A DNA stretch of 64,000 nucleotides, from the NCBI GenBank assembly GCA_050084985.1, contig JBITNC010000001.1:85064001-85128000 (forward strand), written 5' to 3'. The notes under the pieces are model-generated. The model worked only from the letters and a program-made list of their open reading frames with translations. It did not search any database and had not been told where the DNA came from. A program made the translations under genes and the position numbers. This DNA comes from Nageia nagi. Lineage: Eukaryota; Plantae; Pinophyta. Shown piece after piece: positions 13,225 through 28,049 of this stretch (position 1 is the stretch's first letter; every line of letters begins with the position of its first letter).

Positions 13225-16200
13225 TAGGACTATACATTCATGTTAATATTTATGGTACCCCTATAAAAAAGTGTTGATTGAATTCTAATGTTAATATTTA
13301 TTCAGTTGAGCTATTATAAAAGTACTTTCCTTCATTCTATAAAAAAATAAAGAGAACTGCTATTAGTATAAAAGGATTTGATAATACTAAAAAATAATGC
13401 ATTAGTTTTGTTACTATGCCTATTAAAGAATAAGATAAATATGTTTATAAAAATGTTTATATTTTTCATGTGAAATTGCCATATAACTTGTTGCTTGGTA
13501 GAACATGAATTCACAAACTTATATTTGTTACATCCACATTGCATCGATTAATTAAGTTTAGGTACAAAGGAAAATAAGTTACAATTCATGCAGAAGATAA
13601 TCCTCCAAATGTATACCAAGAAACTAAGCAATTTTGGATCCCATATGATTTGGTTAACAATGAGGAAGATACAAAAAACCTATCAATGATATCAATCTAT
13701 AAGAGGTAAGTAGTGGAACATACAAAATTCCAAAGATTGACATATGTTAGAGTTTCAAGGAACTTGGATGGCCCCTATTTATTCTTGAAATCCAATGATG
13801 TTTCTCAATTGTGAGTATGATTTATCAATAATAAGAAGAGATATAATACCATATTGAAGATGTGAGTATGATTTATTAAGAATAAGTAGAAAAATGCATG
13901 ACAAATAATGAAAACTCTACTTCTATTTTTCAAACATTATCAGGTCAAGTAAGTATGCATTTTAGTAGTATTGATTCTATTTTATCTAACCAATATATGC
14001 ACCAATGTCAATATGATTGTAAAGGATTAGGTAAAAATGGAGCAAGGCATTGTAGAGCCCATTCTAAATGAATGTAAATACAAGAGAACATCTAGTATTG
14101 TGTATGAGGCTTCAACATCCACAAAATAAAATTTAGCTCAAATCATCCAACATGTTGATACCAATGATCAAGAAAACACTAGGGATATTTTTGATGAATG
14201 GCTATGTTGCAGTATGATGCATAACTCCATGGAAGTATTACAGGCTTACTATGTAGACCCATTCTTGCCACCTAATTCTCTAATACAAGTGGACATCTTT
14301 CAAAATGATGATGTTATGGTCAAGATGCTAGGGGTAAGAAGTGATTTTACCAAATCTAGTGACAAGAGGTTAATAACATGGCTCTTGTAACATCAGGCCT
14401 ATTTTGAAGAGTAATTTTGCAAGGATTATGAGTACATTATAGGTTAGTTTGTTGTTATTTTCTTCCTTTCTTTTTCATTTTTTATAAAATTAGTCATAGG
14501 TATATGAATCTAATTATTTAGGTGTCATTATTATTTTCCCTTATTAGAATGATGTTTCTCATATTCAAGTGGTCGCACTCTATTTTGTAAGTCTATTATG
14601 GCTGAGTTTAGATGAAGTGCTAGGGGTATTGCTTATGCCTTCCCAACTTAGTGAAATAAAATCCTATCTTGGTGAGGAAATAGTAGAAGTAAATATTGGT
14701 ACTCAACGGGACCCAAAGTTTATCAAAATAGGAGCTTGGTTAACTTGAAAGAAAGGGATAGGTATCATATACTATTAAAAGAAATTTCTAATATGTTTTC
14801 TTAGTATTATTCTAATATGCCTAATCTTGATCCTAATTTTTTCACTTATAGTTTAGTTTTCAATGATAATGCTAAACCAGTCCAATAGAAACCTAGAAAA
14901 ATGCATCCTAAAGTAGCTCTAAAAATTAAAAAGGAAATAAAAAAAATATTTGCATGTTGGTCTTATTATTTTTACTTATTATTCTCCATGGATTTCTAAT
15001 ATTGTTCCTATAGCTAAGCCTAATGGTGAAATATGATATTGTACAGATTTCAACAATATCAACAAGGCATGCCCTAAAGATACACTAAAGATACCAATAA
15101 TGTTGAGTTATATGTTGATTAAATTATAGATAGTTCCATAATGAAAGATTATCATATTTCATATTTAAGAAAGATTTTATAATGGATAAAAAATATAAAT
15201 CAAATTTGAAGCTTCTAAGTGTGCATTTGGAGTTCCATCAAGTAAGTTTCTTAGTTTTATTATATCAAGAAGAGGTATTGAGTGGATCCTAAAAATATTT
15301 CATCCATTATGGATATGCCACCTCCTAAAAATTTGAAAGAAATGAGAAGTATTCAAGGTAGTATTCAAGCTATAAGAAGATTCATTGGTCAAGTAGTTGA
15401 TATGAATTATCCATTTTCTCATTTGCTAAAGAAGGATGCAAAGTTTATTTGGGATGAAAAGTGTAAAAAGGCTTTGGAAAACATAAAAATTACTTTACTA
15501 ACACTCCCATTTCAACCACTTATGATTCCAAAAAAAGATTATTACTTTATGTTTCCATAATGCTAAGTGCATTAGGTTAAACATTAGCTCAAAAAGATGA
15601 TAAAGAAAAAGAAAGAGCAATTTACTATATCAACAAAACTTTACTTGATTATGATATAAGATATATGTTAATAGAAAAGATTTGTTTTGTAATTTTCTTC
15701 TCAACCAAAAAATTAAGATATTACATGATTCAAAATGTAATCTATATTATTGGCTAGACTGATCCTCTAAGGTATCTCATTTCAAAATATTATTTGTTTA
15801 GAAGAGCTACAAAATGGGTAATGTTTCTTCAAGAGTTTGATTTGGTCTTTGTAACTCAAAAATCTATTTAGAATCAGGCTATAGAATATTTTATTACAAA
15901 TCATACAAAAATGAAATATCCATGACACATGAAGAATTTATAGATGAAATAAATGGAAAAAGAACCTATGATCCCAATGATAATGTTGAATTCATGATAC
16001 ATTTTCTCAATCAACTAACTTGAGTACCTAGACACATTAATAGGTTTCTTTGAGAGGGAAGAATGGATATTATTATTTGATGGTTCTAATTGCATTCTTG
16101 GAGAAGGGGTGGGAATTATTTTAATAAATCATTATGGTGATATGATTAATATATATTATTGTTTAAGTTTTGATTGTACTAACAACATGGTTGAGTATAA

Positions 16201-19200
16201 AGCTCTTATTCTAGGATTGAAGGCTACAATACTCCTAAAGGTAAAAAGAATAAATACTCTTTGGTAATTCTAAATTTCTAGTGAAACAAGTGACTGACAT
16301 CTATGACATAAAAAATTCCAAATTGCAACCATAAAAACAAATGATAATTAATCTTCTCACGTACTTAAATGAGTATGTAGTGGAGAATATTCCATTAGAC
16401 AACAACATGTACATTAATGCAATGACTAGTGCCTCTTCCCTTGCCCTTATTAACATATAAGATGAAGAAACTATACTTAAAATTAAAAATATAAGTATAC
16501 CATCACATGATTATCTTAATGAAGAGTTTATTTAAGATCATTATTTTTTAGCAACATGTATTAATGTTTATGAATGGTATCAACATATTTTTGCTTTTCT
16601 TAAAAATGGAGTAGTTCTTGTTGAATTTGATAATAATTCTAGAATTAGGCTTAAAAATCTAGCATTATAGTATGTTACCATTGGTGATTTTCTATATAGA
16701 AGGTCTTTTGATGGTGATCTTTTTAGAATTTTAACAATGCATAAAGTAGACATGGCCCTTCATCAAGCTTATGATAGTGAATCTAGTGGACATTTTAGAG
16801 CTAAATTGGTTTATCAAAGATTACTTAGACTAGGTTATTATTGGCCTACTATCCTTAAAGATTGTAAATTTCATGTTAAGAAATGTGAACACTATCAAAA
16901 GAATGATAAACTTCAACATTCACCATCTCATGGGTTGCACTATATTATTTATCCTTGGCCTTTTTCTATTTAGGCATTTGATTTTATTGGTAAATTTAAC
17001 CCTATCTCAAGATATGGTAATACATTTATCATTACAACAATAGAATACTTCACAAAATAGATGAATAATATCCCTATCAAGTTGGTAAAAGAAGGTAATA
17101 TTATTGAATTCTTAATTGAATATATAACTTTGAGATATGGTGTCCCTTCTAAATTGTTTATAGAAAATGGTACAAGTTTTAAAGGTAATGAAGTTATAGA
17201 TTTTTGTAATAAATATTATATTAAAAGAAAATTTTGTACACCTTATTATCCTCAAGGTACTGGTCAAGAAAAATCCTCTAATAGAGTTATAAAAACTATC
17301 TTATCAAAAAATGTTGAAAAAAATGGTAATGATTGGCATGAACTACTTCCTTATGCTTTATGGGCTGATATAAAAAGTATAAGCACTTTTGTTGGGGAAA
17401 ATCCTTTCTCTTTAATATATGGTAATGAATACATAGTTGCATTAGAACTAGAAATCATATCCTTACATATGTCTTTAGATGGTTTCATTCTTGATGGGGA
17501 TAAAAGAAAAAAAAGGACCAGCATAACTATAGGCCTTAAATGAGAAAGGGGTAAATCCTTTAGAACTATAGAATCAAGAAGGAATATAGTAAAAATATTA
17601 TTCAAAAGAGTTCAAGGTATAAGACCTATTATTATAGGAAAATATTGCTAATATAAAATTCATAAGAAATAAAAATAAAGGTAATTTCAAACCTAACAGA
17701 TAGGTCCTTACATTATCATTGTAAACTATGGAAAATGTACATACAAATTGTCCATAATTGAGGGTAAAGGAGAAAAAATTCAATAAATTTTATACATATC
17801 AAAAGGTTCCATGTTTTATATTTTTCATATATGTATGCATTTTTTATGTTTCATGTAACTAACATTTTAGTGAAAGCAACCATGAACCTAGCAATGTTGT
17901 TGTATTCTAGGCAACGTCATTGCATTAAAAGGATAAAAATCATTAACTTTCCTAAAATTTTCCTACTAATCATGGTATGTATACAAAAAGATAATTATTT
18001 TCTTTTATTAATTTCATTTTAATAAAATTGCATACCTTTATCACATTCTTACCATTTATTCATTTGTAAGGGAGGGGCATCCTTATCATTTATTCTTATA
18101 TAAGGGAGGGGAATTCTTATAATTTGTTTCTCTATAAGGAAAGGATAATCATATCAAAATCATTTACAACATTATGGCTTTGGAATCCAAGTTGGTTACA
18201 TAAATTGGTAATCTATATTGAGTAAGTCACCAAGGAGAGGTTTGATATCTTATCCTTATATGCACTTTACATATCTTATGATGTTTAATGCCTATATTTG
18301 AGATATATTGCACAAACCATTTCTTATATATGTTATTTAGAAGTTTATTTATCCTTACTTTGTATTTTTTCTATGATGAGGTCTATAATGTTGCAACCAA
18401 GCCAAACAAGGGTATAATATTGGTCAAAACTAGGGCATCCAAAGCTATCACAATGAAGAAATATTTTAGGGAGTATTTTGTTAGTTATCTTGTTATGCTT
18501 TGAATTTACTTTGATTTTATTTTGTACCAAAAGTATAAAATCATACTCAATGTGGGGCATGTGTTAATATCTAAAAAGGAATTTTAATTAAATTAAAATA
18601 TCTTTTTAGGTATTTAAAATAATTTACTTATTTAAATAAATAAATGATCTTATAATCATGCACTATTACCTAATTTCACATTTTATGATAATGTGTCAAT
18701 ACAAAGAGAAGCCCAAGAAGGAATGTTAGCCCATATGAACCATAAGCCTGAGGAGGAGCCTTGGTACTAGACCTACTATCTATAAAGGTGGAAGTGTTAT
18801 ACATTAGAAATCATGACATGATCTAGAATCCTTGATAGTTGGTAATATACTTATGTCAATATTGAATAATATTTCTCAATTCCACCTATCATATCTAAAT
18901 TTTTTTGTACTCTAAGCTTTGTATTCTTATAATATTTTGAACCTATTTTTTCATGATAGTACCAGCATCAAAGGTATGATGATGATATCGAGTGAAAGTA
19001 ACATGCAAACTAGAATGGTAGTTAGGCAATGTGGATGGGATCCTAGCATCATTGCTGGGTTGAGGTAGAATTTATAGCTCTATCATTCTAATAAGTTCAT
19101 TGTTCATCTTGTATGATTTGAATATCTTTTCTATTCATCATGATAATTAAATTATAATTTTATATTTTTCATTAATCTAGTTTGATAAGTTAAGATCAAT

Positions 19201-19394
19201 CAACTTTATCAGATCATTATCATCATTCATGTTTCTACTAGTTTGTGATTAATTGGTTAAATTTAATATTATTAATTAATCCTAATAATTATTATTTTAG
19301 GTATAACACTACCATTAGTATCATATCACTTTGCCATATGCATAATACATCATGCTATGTTATTAGTACCATATCACTCTCTATATACCCTACA
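13225..19394 (+). mobile_element. Degenerate Ty3/Gypsy Tat-clade (Ogre/Retand architecture): PR-RT-RH-aRH-INT, 3' UTR, 3' LTR; 5' part missing
   Basis: Protease YNLLLGRT*IH..STLH (~13480); RT KPRKMHPKVALKIKKEI and WISNIVPIAKPNG..NKACPKD (14890-15080); RNase H ~15560-15880; additional RNase H LFDGS..TNNMVEYKALILGL (16070-16220); integrase GHF..GYYWPT and TPYYPQGTGQ (ORFs 16737 and 17061). Confidence 0.9.
18560..19394 (+). repeat. Probable 3' LTR of the plus-strand Tat/Ogre element
   Basis: Follows a PPT-like TGTGGGGCA, starts TGTG, has a TATA-like CTATAAAGG at ~18780 and ends ACCCTACA. No partner LTR in the window. Confidence 0.5.
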
Positions 19395-20154
19395 AATATT
19401 TTCCCTCAAATAATACTTCTAATGGTGATAAATTTTAATTTAAAAAAAAAATAAATAAATTCTAATATTTTTAAGTGAACATGAACATTAAAATGGTAAA
19501 ATATCATAAAAAACAAAAAAACCTACCTATATTTCAACATGGTTTTTGTATCTACAACTAGAATTACAAAATTGTTTATAAATCTTGAAAAAAATATAAT
19601 ATATTAATTAAAATATTTTGTAAAATTTCCCATTATATATATTGAAAGGATCTAAACATTAGACCATATGCTATAAATATACTCTTATGAAATACTTGAT
19701 AGAAAAATTTGCATCTAATATGTTCAATTATTGAAAAGTTTTATAATTTGTTTAAACTTCTAATGAAAACCTTATTTCTTTAAAATTACTAGATGAAATT
19801 TCCAACTAGGGCTCTCTTTTTTTGGGTACTTTCCTTAAGGATTTTGAAAGGATCCCCAAACTTTACATAATTAGGAATTTTTCATGCACATTTGATATTT
19901 TGATCATTTCTTGATCTATAAGCGGTGAGATTTGAACTTGAGACTCCATTTACTTTACTTGGGAGTTTCCACATCCAAGTTTCAACAACTCTCCTAACAA
20001 TCGAAGATTCCAAGTACCTTATTATTATCTTAAAAGGTATGATGCTCCAAATTTTAAATTTTACCTTATTGTTATCTTATTACCTTAATCTTTTAGTTAT
20101 ATATTTTCTAAAGATACCTTAAAAAGGGAAACTGACACTTATTGTATTTTAATT

Positions 20155-20155
<1 letters not shown>

Positions 20156-20187
<32 letters not shown>

Positions 20188-20188
20188 T
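20156..20188. repeat. (TACA)n/(TA)n microsatellite
   Basis: Read directly from the sequence. Confidence 0.9.
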
Positions 20189-20539
20189 AATTTAAACTAT
20201 TATTTACAATTACTAATATTTAAGAAATCTTCATAGAATAGTATAATAATTTCATGAGTAAATTTACACATGTATCTTCTATAACAATCTTCAAAATTCA
20301 TAACACAAATTTATTAATTTAATCATTGCAATGTTTCTCTTCCCAACATAATCCCTTAAAAGATAATTTCATTTATATAATCATTTAGATAACCTAATCA
20401 TATTATCTTATAACACTTTGTAAATTTCTCTTCATAACATAATATTTGAATAGATTATGTCATTTATCTAACCATTTGAATCATCGAATCATATTATCCT
20501 ATTGTACTTTTTTAAACCATGAATTCTAGTAGAATAATT

Positions 20540-21860
20540 GGAGTTATATTGGTAAGGGACTTTTTGGCCCCCCTTGAAAACCTACCAATAGTGTTCAACT
20601 TCTGATATTTTGATATATCATTCATGAATTTTCATGGTCCCATCCACTTTCCAGTAAGTATTTGTTTATATTCATAAAACTAATGCATCCGAGTCAATTT
20701 CTAAAAAATAATTTGGTTGGACATTCATAAAACTAAAAGTACATATTGGTTTTGTAAATATGCACATAAATTTTTCAAATCCATATGTATTCATGAAACT
20801 AATATTACATTTAAAATTTGTTAATATGTAGCATAATATTTCTATAAAATCTAAATTTATATATTTACAAAACTAATGAGTCATGTTAGTTTCATGAATA
20901 TGTTGAGCTAAATTTAAATAATAAAAACTTTGTAGCATATTCACTAAAATAATATATCATATTCGTAAAACTCACATGTTTTATTAGTTTTAAGAATACA
21001 TAAATTACATTTTTTTTTAAATAATGTTTTCTTATATTCTTGAAACTAAAACATAGAATTAGTTTTGTGAATATGTCAAGAGGGAAAAATTGTAATGCAT
21101 ATTTGCAAAACTAAAATGTGATATTAGTCTCGTGAATATGCAAAATAAATTAAAAAAAATAAAGCAAACCATGCTTCCCAAGGTTGGGTGACACCAAGTA
21201 TGAAGCATTAATGCAAGCTAGTGGGATGGATTCAAACCATGTAAAACTCCAAATATTAGGTCATTCTCTCATTTCACTCGACCTCAAAACCTTAGCTAAT
21301 GGAGCTTTGAATATCCTACAATTAATAATAATATTTATTGTATCAAAATCCACCATTCTATAAGAGGAAGCATTGGAAATCCTTTTTTATTGTATTTTAA
21401 TTAATAAAATAAATAAAATTACATTTGCACCATGCATCTTATCAAATAAAAAGGATATATTGTATACATATCTTCCAAGGTAGTCAAAAACATAACATTC
21501 CATTAAAATACAACATGTGCATATCTTGTGACAATTGTAGTCCATAAAATTGCATGTTGATGAGGAACAAATATTTTTGAGCAAACATTTAATGTTGTAA
21601 GTCATGAAAAATATTTTGGTCCTTTAATAGAGCAATGTTTGTGTATTTGCATGATTCATAGTTAGTTTATTTACATCTTGTCAAATCTTTTTGTGATATT
21701 TTGTATACGTATATACCAAGTCAAACATAATAATATTTGATAAAATCCATTTTCAATATTCTTTGATGGATTTTCATACATTCTTCTAGAGCTCCCATGT
21801 CAACTAATTTCTTGGCCTTATTTTATTCATCAAAATTTTGCATACATGATTACCAGGGAA
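20540..21860. mobile_element. Left arm of a long inverted repeat (Mutator-like terminus plus PPR-derived sequence)
   Basis: Starts GGAGTTATATTGG..TTTTTGGCCC and carries many ATATTCATGAAACTAA motifs in both orientations. 20740-20815, 21420-21480 and 21605-21715 align with the reverse complement of 40115-40185, 39860-39920 and 39460-39575. Confidence 0.7.
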
Positions 21861-22142
21861 ATATTAGAAACAATACATTGTATAGTAATAAATACTTTAT
21901 CTATCTATATCTTTAATAAATACATTAGTCTGTATACTAATGTAACATATTTAATATTAGGATTTATGGGTAATTTTGTTATGTATATAGGAATGTAACT
22001 CCGACTTCTCTATTGTATTTAAACCCTTCTCATTAATGGAATACATCAATTCTAACTTCTCTCAAATATAAAATTAGAGCTCCATGGTGAAGATCATTAT
22101 TTTTCTATGAGTTAATTCTCTTTGTTGCATCTACCTTCAGGA

Positions 22143-23618
22143 TGATTAGAGATAGAAAAATAATGGAATTAGAGACTCTTTTTATTGCACTAAAATCCTG
22201 AGAGAGATTTGTAAAGGAGTGCCCAACACCCTTGCAAAAGGTTTAGAGGTGTTGTTAATTTCAAAAATATCTTGATTTGTAGGAATCAGTTTGTAAATTC
22301 TCACCAAGCCCAAGAGTTTGAGATAGAGAGTGGTGTTAAGAGATTTTCCAACAAATCCACCCACCCTACCTAGAAAAATTATAGTCTAGAAAATATCTAT
22401 GAAGTGTGGAAGAGCATAAAGAGGAGAGATTAATTAGAGCCTATATAGTAAACAAAAATAATATCTCACCACTCCTCTCATCCACCAATGTTCACCAACC
22501 TTATAAACACTCTCCTAGCTCACTATTATGGACATACCTCATGTATGAGATTGAATGATTTTGAAAAAAGGTGAGCATTCCTACTCCTACCCATGTCGTA
22601 CATGTGTATTCCTTCACATCATAGCCCTTATATCTAGACCTATTTCTAGGATGGAGTAACAAACTTGTTCTATACTGTAGAGTGATATTGCCAATGTACC
22701 TCATGCCACACTTTCCCATGCATGAAAGTTTAAGAAAAAGGAAACAAATGCATGATTATTCCATCAATTTCCCAACATCATGTTGAAGAGTAAAAATAGT
22801 AGCATGTATTAATATTTGTAGAGAGAAAAATGTGCATTGCATATAAACCACTCCAACATGTGAGCACTTGCGACTAGTCTCCTCCCTAACCAACATTGCA
22901 GATAGCCATTTGTTAGCCATTGCAATGCAGTCCTCTATATTCATATTTTTTAGAAAATATAATAACATACAAAAAGTGTATAATGCAATTACCTAGCCAT
23001 TTAATATAAAAAATCAATTTTTTTTTCTAAAGTTGAACTTTTGGAAACATAAATTATTTGCAAACATTTTCCCAACATGAAGGAAATAAAAGTGCAGCCA
23101 CAAGTGCATGCCATATGACCAATACAATTTAAAAAAAAAAAATTCCATTTTAAAGTTTCAAATTTTGAAGATAAAAATATTTTCCAAATAAATCTACCCA
23201 ACATATGATTTATTTTAGCAAAGTGGTAGTAATTCTAGCAAGAGAAAAATACTTAGGAGGTATACATTGGGAAGATAAAATTGTATTTTCAGAATTAATC
23301 AGAGAAGATTTATTTGTTCAATATAAGAACATTTTGTTGGAGAAGTATAAAAATATTTAAAGAAGGATATTAATTTATTCAAGGGAGAAAGACAAACTTG
23401 GAGAGAAATAAAACTCATCCAAGTTCTTATCAAATCAAGGTAAAACCTTTGGTGCCTTTGCAAAGCACCAATTTTGTGCATATAAGGTTGTAAGTTCCAA
23501 ACCCCCTACTTATAACTTAAAATTAATTTTTTTCATATACTAATATCCTTTTAATTATTTGATCAAAAATTGAAGGTATTTAATTTATTTTGAGCTAACT
23601 CATTAAATGTTTACCTCA
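22143..23618 (-). mobile_element. Probable solo LTR inserted in the Copia 5' UTR
   Basis: TG...CA termini with flanks CAGGA and GAGGA (4/5 match). Non-coding 1.5 kb lying between the PBS and gag. Confidence 0.5.
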
Positions 23619-24364
23619 GAGGAGATTTAAAATTGAACCGTGAAGGTAAATTTGAAAGGGGGAGATTGAAATTTTTTGCACACACTAAAAAAAGAGTTAT
23701 TTTTTCTTAAATTGATGAAATTGAAGACTGAATATTGCAAATTAAACATGTCCCAAACAACCCCAAAAAATTTATTTCCTAATTCACAAGTGTTGAAAGG
23801 GTCAAATTATTCTTCTTAGAAGATCAAGATTCGAGCAATTTTTTGCTTCCAAGATTTATGGGGAATTATTAGTGGTACTAAAGCCCTACCACAAAATGCT
23901 AGTGAAGACCAAACAAAATTTGATCATTGTAACAACAAAGTGTTAATGATCATATTTCTTGGCATCTCATATAATGTCCAACCTCATATTCATGATTGCA
24001 CAAAAGTGGATGATGCATGGGCAAAGTTGCAACAAGTCTATGAGTCTAAGAATCAGAATTAGATTCTACATCTGCAAAGCTAGTTACATAATCTTTCATT
24101 TAAGAGTAGAGAGATCATGAAAAATTTCCTTCATCATATTTTGAAACTTCATTGCTCTCTATAAGCACTAGGATAGAAGATGGAAGACATGTTCCTAGTG
24201 CTTATTGTTATGAGAGCACTACTAGAGATGTTTCATACCTTTGTGATGATCTTGAACATTTTGGATCAAAAAATGGCCTTTCAAAAGTTGGTGAATATGT
24301 CACAAAAAGAGGAGCCTCCATGTAAATTTAAATGAAGAGGAGCAAGCTATGATGTCAAATCAAT

Positions 24365-24588
24365 AAGGTAGGAAACCCTTCCAGTAGAAAGGTAAGGGTA
24401 AAAATCCCCCACAATCAAATGAAAAGAAATAAAAAAGTTGCATAATTTATGGCAAGAAGGGGCATGAGTTGCATAAAAGGTAGGAAACCCTTCTAGTAGA
24501 AAGGTAAGGGTAAAAATCCCCCACAATCAAATGAAAAGAAACAAAAAAGTTGCATAATTTATGGCAACAAGGGCCATGAGTTGCATAA
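24365..24588 (+). repeat. 112-bp tandem duplication covering the gag zinc-knuckle region
   Basis: Two copies starting at 24365 and 24477, differing at about 4 positions. Confidence 0.95.
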
Positions 24589-27500
24589 TTGCTTATATAA
24601 TTATTTTTCTCAAGGATCTTTGAGCAATAAGAATCCAAAATAAAAGGGAAGAATACTCAAAATTAGGGGGAATGAAAACAAATACAACCATAATGAAGAA
24701 AAAAATAGGGAAATGTTGTAAATGATGATGATCAAGTGACTGAAGATATTATTGATATTGCTTTTATTCATCAAGATAACCCTTCAATCACCTCCACTTT
24801 GTATGTTTATTTTGATGCTTTCAAGCACATGATTAGTTGAAAGGATGGGTTTTCTTCCTTGGATAATAATGCAAATCATGGTTAATTTCTATTGGGCAAT
24901 GACGCATCCCATTAAATTGAAGGTAAGGGTGATGTTCATGTCCAACATGGAAAGAACAACTATCATATTGAAGAGTTTTTGTATGTACCTAAGGTTACAA
25001 AGAGCCTCCTATTGGTTGGCCAGATGTTGTACAAAAATATGAAGGTTGATTTTGATACCATGAAAGGAGAAAAGGTTTGCTTCATTCATGATAAGTCTAA
25101 AGGATGTTGAATAGTAGTAAAAGCAAAAGGAGTTGGGAGAATATTTTTTATTTATGTTGTAGCTTCCAATAATTAGGAACTCAATGTTCATGTTGCAAAT
25201 ATCACCACTCTTTGGAATAGTAGATTCAGACACATAAATACAAACTACTTAATCACTTGGCAAATGAAGGATAGGGTACATGGTATTCCATCTCTTACTT
25301 CTACTAATATTTTGTTCTATTTGCATAGTAGGAAAATAACATAGAATCCCATTCAATGATAGCACACATCATGTTAAAGGACCTCTTGATGTAATCCATA
25401 TCAATCTATATGATACCATATGAGATAATATTTTTGGTCTTAGATACTTCCTATTATTTTTTGATGACTACTCTAGAAAAATGTGGATGTATTTCCTAAA
25501 GATAAAGGATCATACATTTTACTACTTCAAGGAATTCAAGACACTTGTGGAGAAATAAAGTTCTCATCACATCCATGTTCTTCACTCAAATCAAAGGAGA
25601 GAATACTTGTCAAATGAATTTTTTGTATTCCTAAAGCAGCATGGAATTTGGAGATAGTTGACCACATCCTACACAACATAGCAAAATGCAGTTTGTAAAT
25701 ATCAAAACTAAACCATTATGGAATTGGCAAGAACAATATTGAAATATGCAAAAATGGATGGGACATTTTGGGCTGAAGAATTGAATACTACCACATACCT
25801 ATTTAATAGGGCACCCACAAAAGCTGTTGATAGGATGACACCTAAAGAAGCATGGTTAAGAGAGCAACCTAATATCTCACATATTCAAGTGTCTAGTTGT
25901 AATACATATGTGCACATTCCTAAGGATCAAAGGAATATGATTGATGAAAAAATAAGGTGCATTCTTATCAAGTATGATCATGAATCCAAATCCTATAGAG
26001 TCATGGATCCTACTACTCCAAATACTTATATCAAAAAAGATGTAATCTTTGATGAGACTAGTGAATCTTCAATTAGTCCACCTATAGAGGTACCTAAAGT
26101 TGAAAATGGTCCCATAATTAATTATGATGATGAGGATGATGAGAGAGATGCTTCAATTATGAATTTGACACCTCAAAGACCTATGTGGTACCAAATGATA
26201 CTATAGGAATCAAACTTGAGTGCTCCACTAGACACTTCAACTTCCAGAGTAATAACATGGAGCATATATCATGAAGAAGTGAATTTGGAATTAATGATCA
26301 AATTTATGAATGCAAATAAACCTAACATGGTTCATGAAGATATTAAGCTACAGCATTGGAAGTCAACCATATAAGCTAAGTATGATGCACTAATGAAAAA
26401 TGGCACATGGAAGTTGGTAGATCTTCCACCAAGAAAGAAGGTCATTGGATACAAATTGATGTTCAAAACTAAGTAGAAGGTGATGGTACAATCAATAAGC
26501 ATAAGGCCTAACACATTTCCAAAGGGTATGCTAAACATTAAGGTATTGACTATGAGAAGACTTTTGTGCCCATAGCCAAGATGAATACCATTAGGATTAC
26601 TTTTGTAATGGAAACATAATTTGGTTAGAAAGTCCACCAAATGGATGTGAAGAGTGCCTTCCTAAATGGATACTTAGAGAAATAATTGTACATGCAAAAA
26701 TCTAAAGAATTTATGATTGATCTAGGAAAAATAAAAGTGTGTAGATTTATCAAGTCTCTATATGGCTTGAAATAGGCTCCTCGATCTTGATACATGTAAA
26801 TTGATTCCCATCTACTACAACATGACTTCAAGAGGAGTCTATATGATCATAACCTCTACCTTTGACAACATTATGGGGATATTTTCATAGTTTTAGTTTA
26901 TATTGATGATTTAATTATCATAGGAAGCATTAAGGAGTTGATAATATCTTACAAATATGATCTTAAATGATCATTGGACATGACCAACCTTGGTTTACTT
27001 CACTATTACCTTGTATTAGAGGTATGGTAGATGCATGATTGAATATTTATATCATATATGAAGTACACCAAGAAGCTATTGGATAAATTTAGGAAGATAT
27101 AATGAGACATTGAACCTAGTTTACATTTATCACACCATGATTGTTCTTCACTAGTAAATGCAACTCTCTACTATTATCTGATTAGAGGGTTAATTTATGT
27201 AGCATACATAAAGCCATATATTTTCTATGCTATTAGCTATCTTTAAAGATTTATGCATGAACCAAAGAAGGCACATTTGAATATGACAAAGTATGTTTTG
27301 AAGAAAATTTATGGCACTCATGATTATGACTTGGAATATAAGAAGAATAATAAGTTCATCTTGTCTAGATACATAGATACATATTATGGAGGATCCTTGG
27401 ATGATATAAGATCAATGATAGGATATGTATTCTTCCTTGGATATGAACTAATTTCATGGGGTAGCAAGAATCAAGGCATCACATCCAATTTTACCATAGA

Positions 27501-28049
27501 TTTGGAATACAATGCTACAAGAGATGTTATTTATGAAGCAGTATGGTTACATTGCATTTTGATAGATATTGGAATTCCATAAAAATAAGCCATAGTTCTA
27601 CATTATGATAATCAAGGTGTATTGAAACTAGTTCAAAATCCTTATTTTCTTGAGTGCACTAAACACATTGAGATACATATACACTTCATTTGGGATCATG
27701 TTTTACTACAAAATATTGAATTCCACTTCATTTTCATGAAAGAGAAAATTGTAGATGTATTCACCAAATTTCTTGAAAGTGAAAAGTTTGAATACTTTCA
27801 AAGCTTCCTCTCATGTCCTTTGAAAACCTAATGTATTATGGGAGGGTATTAGAAATAATACATTAAATAATAATAGATACTTTAGGTATCTATATCTTTA
27901 ATAAATACATAAGTATTTGTAGTAATGTTGCATATTTTAATATTATTATTTATGGGTAATTCCATTATCCTTATGGTAATGTAACTCTCGCTTATCTATT
28001 GTATTTAAACCCTTCTCATTAATGGAATACATAAATTTTGACTTCTCAT

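Larger units (their letters stand above)
21862..28048 (+). mobile_element. Near full-length degenerate Ty1/Copia retrotransposon
   Basis: ~200-bp LTRs at 21862-22068 and 27847-28048; decayed PBS TAAAATTAGAGC; gag from ATG 23748 (LKGSNYSS*KIKI..DLWGII); integrase (ORF 25718); RT HQMDVKSAFLNG and LYGLK*AP; RNase H (ORFs 27253, 27622 TKHIEIHIHF); PPT GGGAGGG at 27840-27846. Confidence 0.95.
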
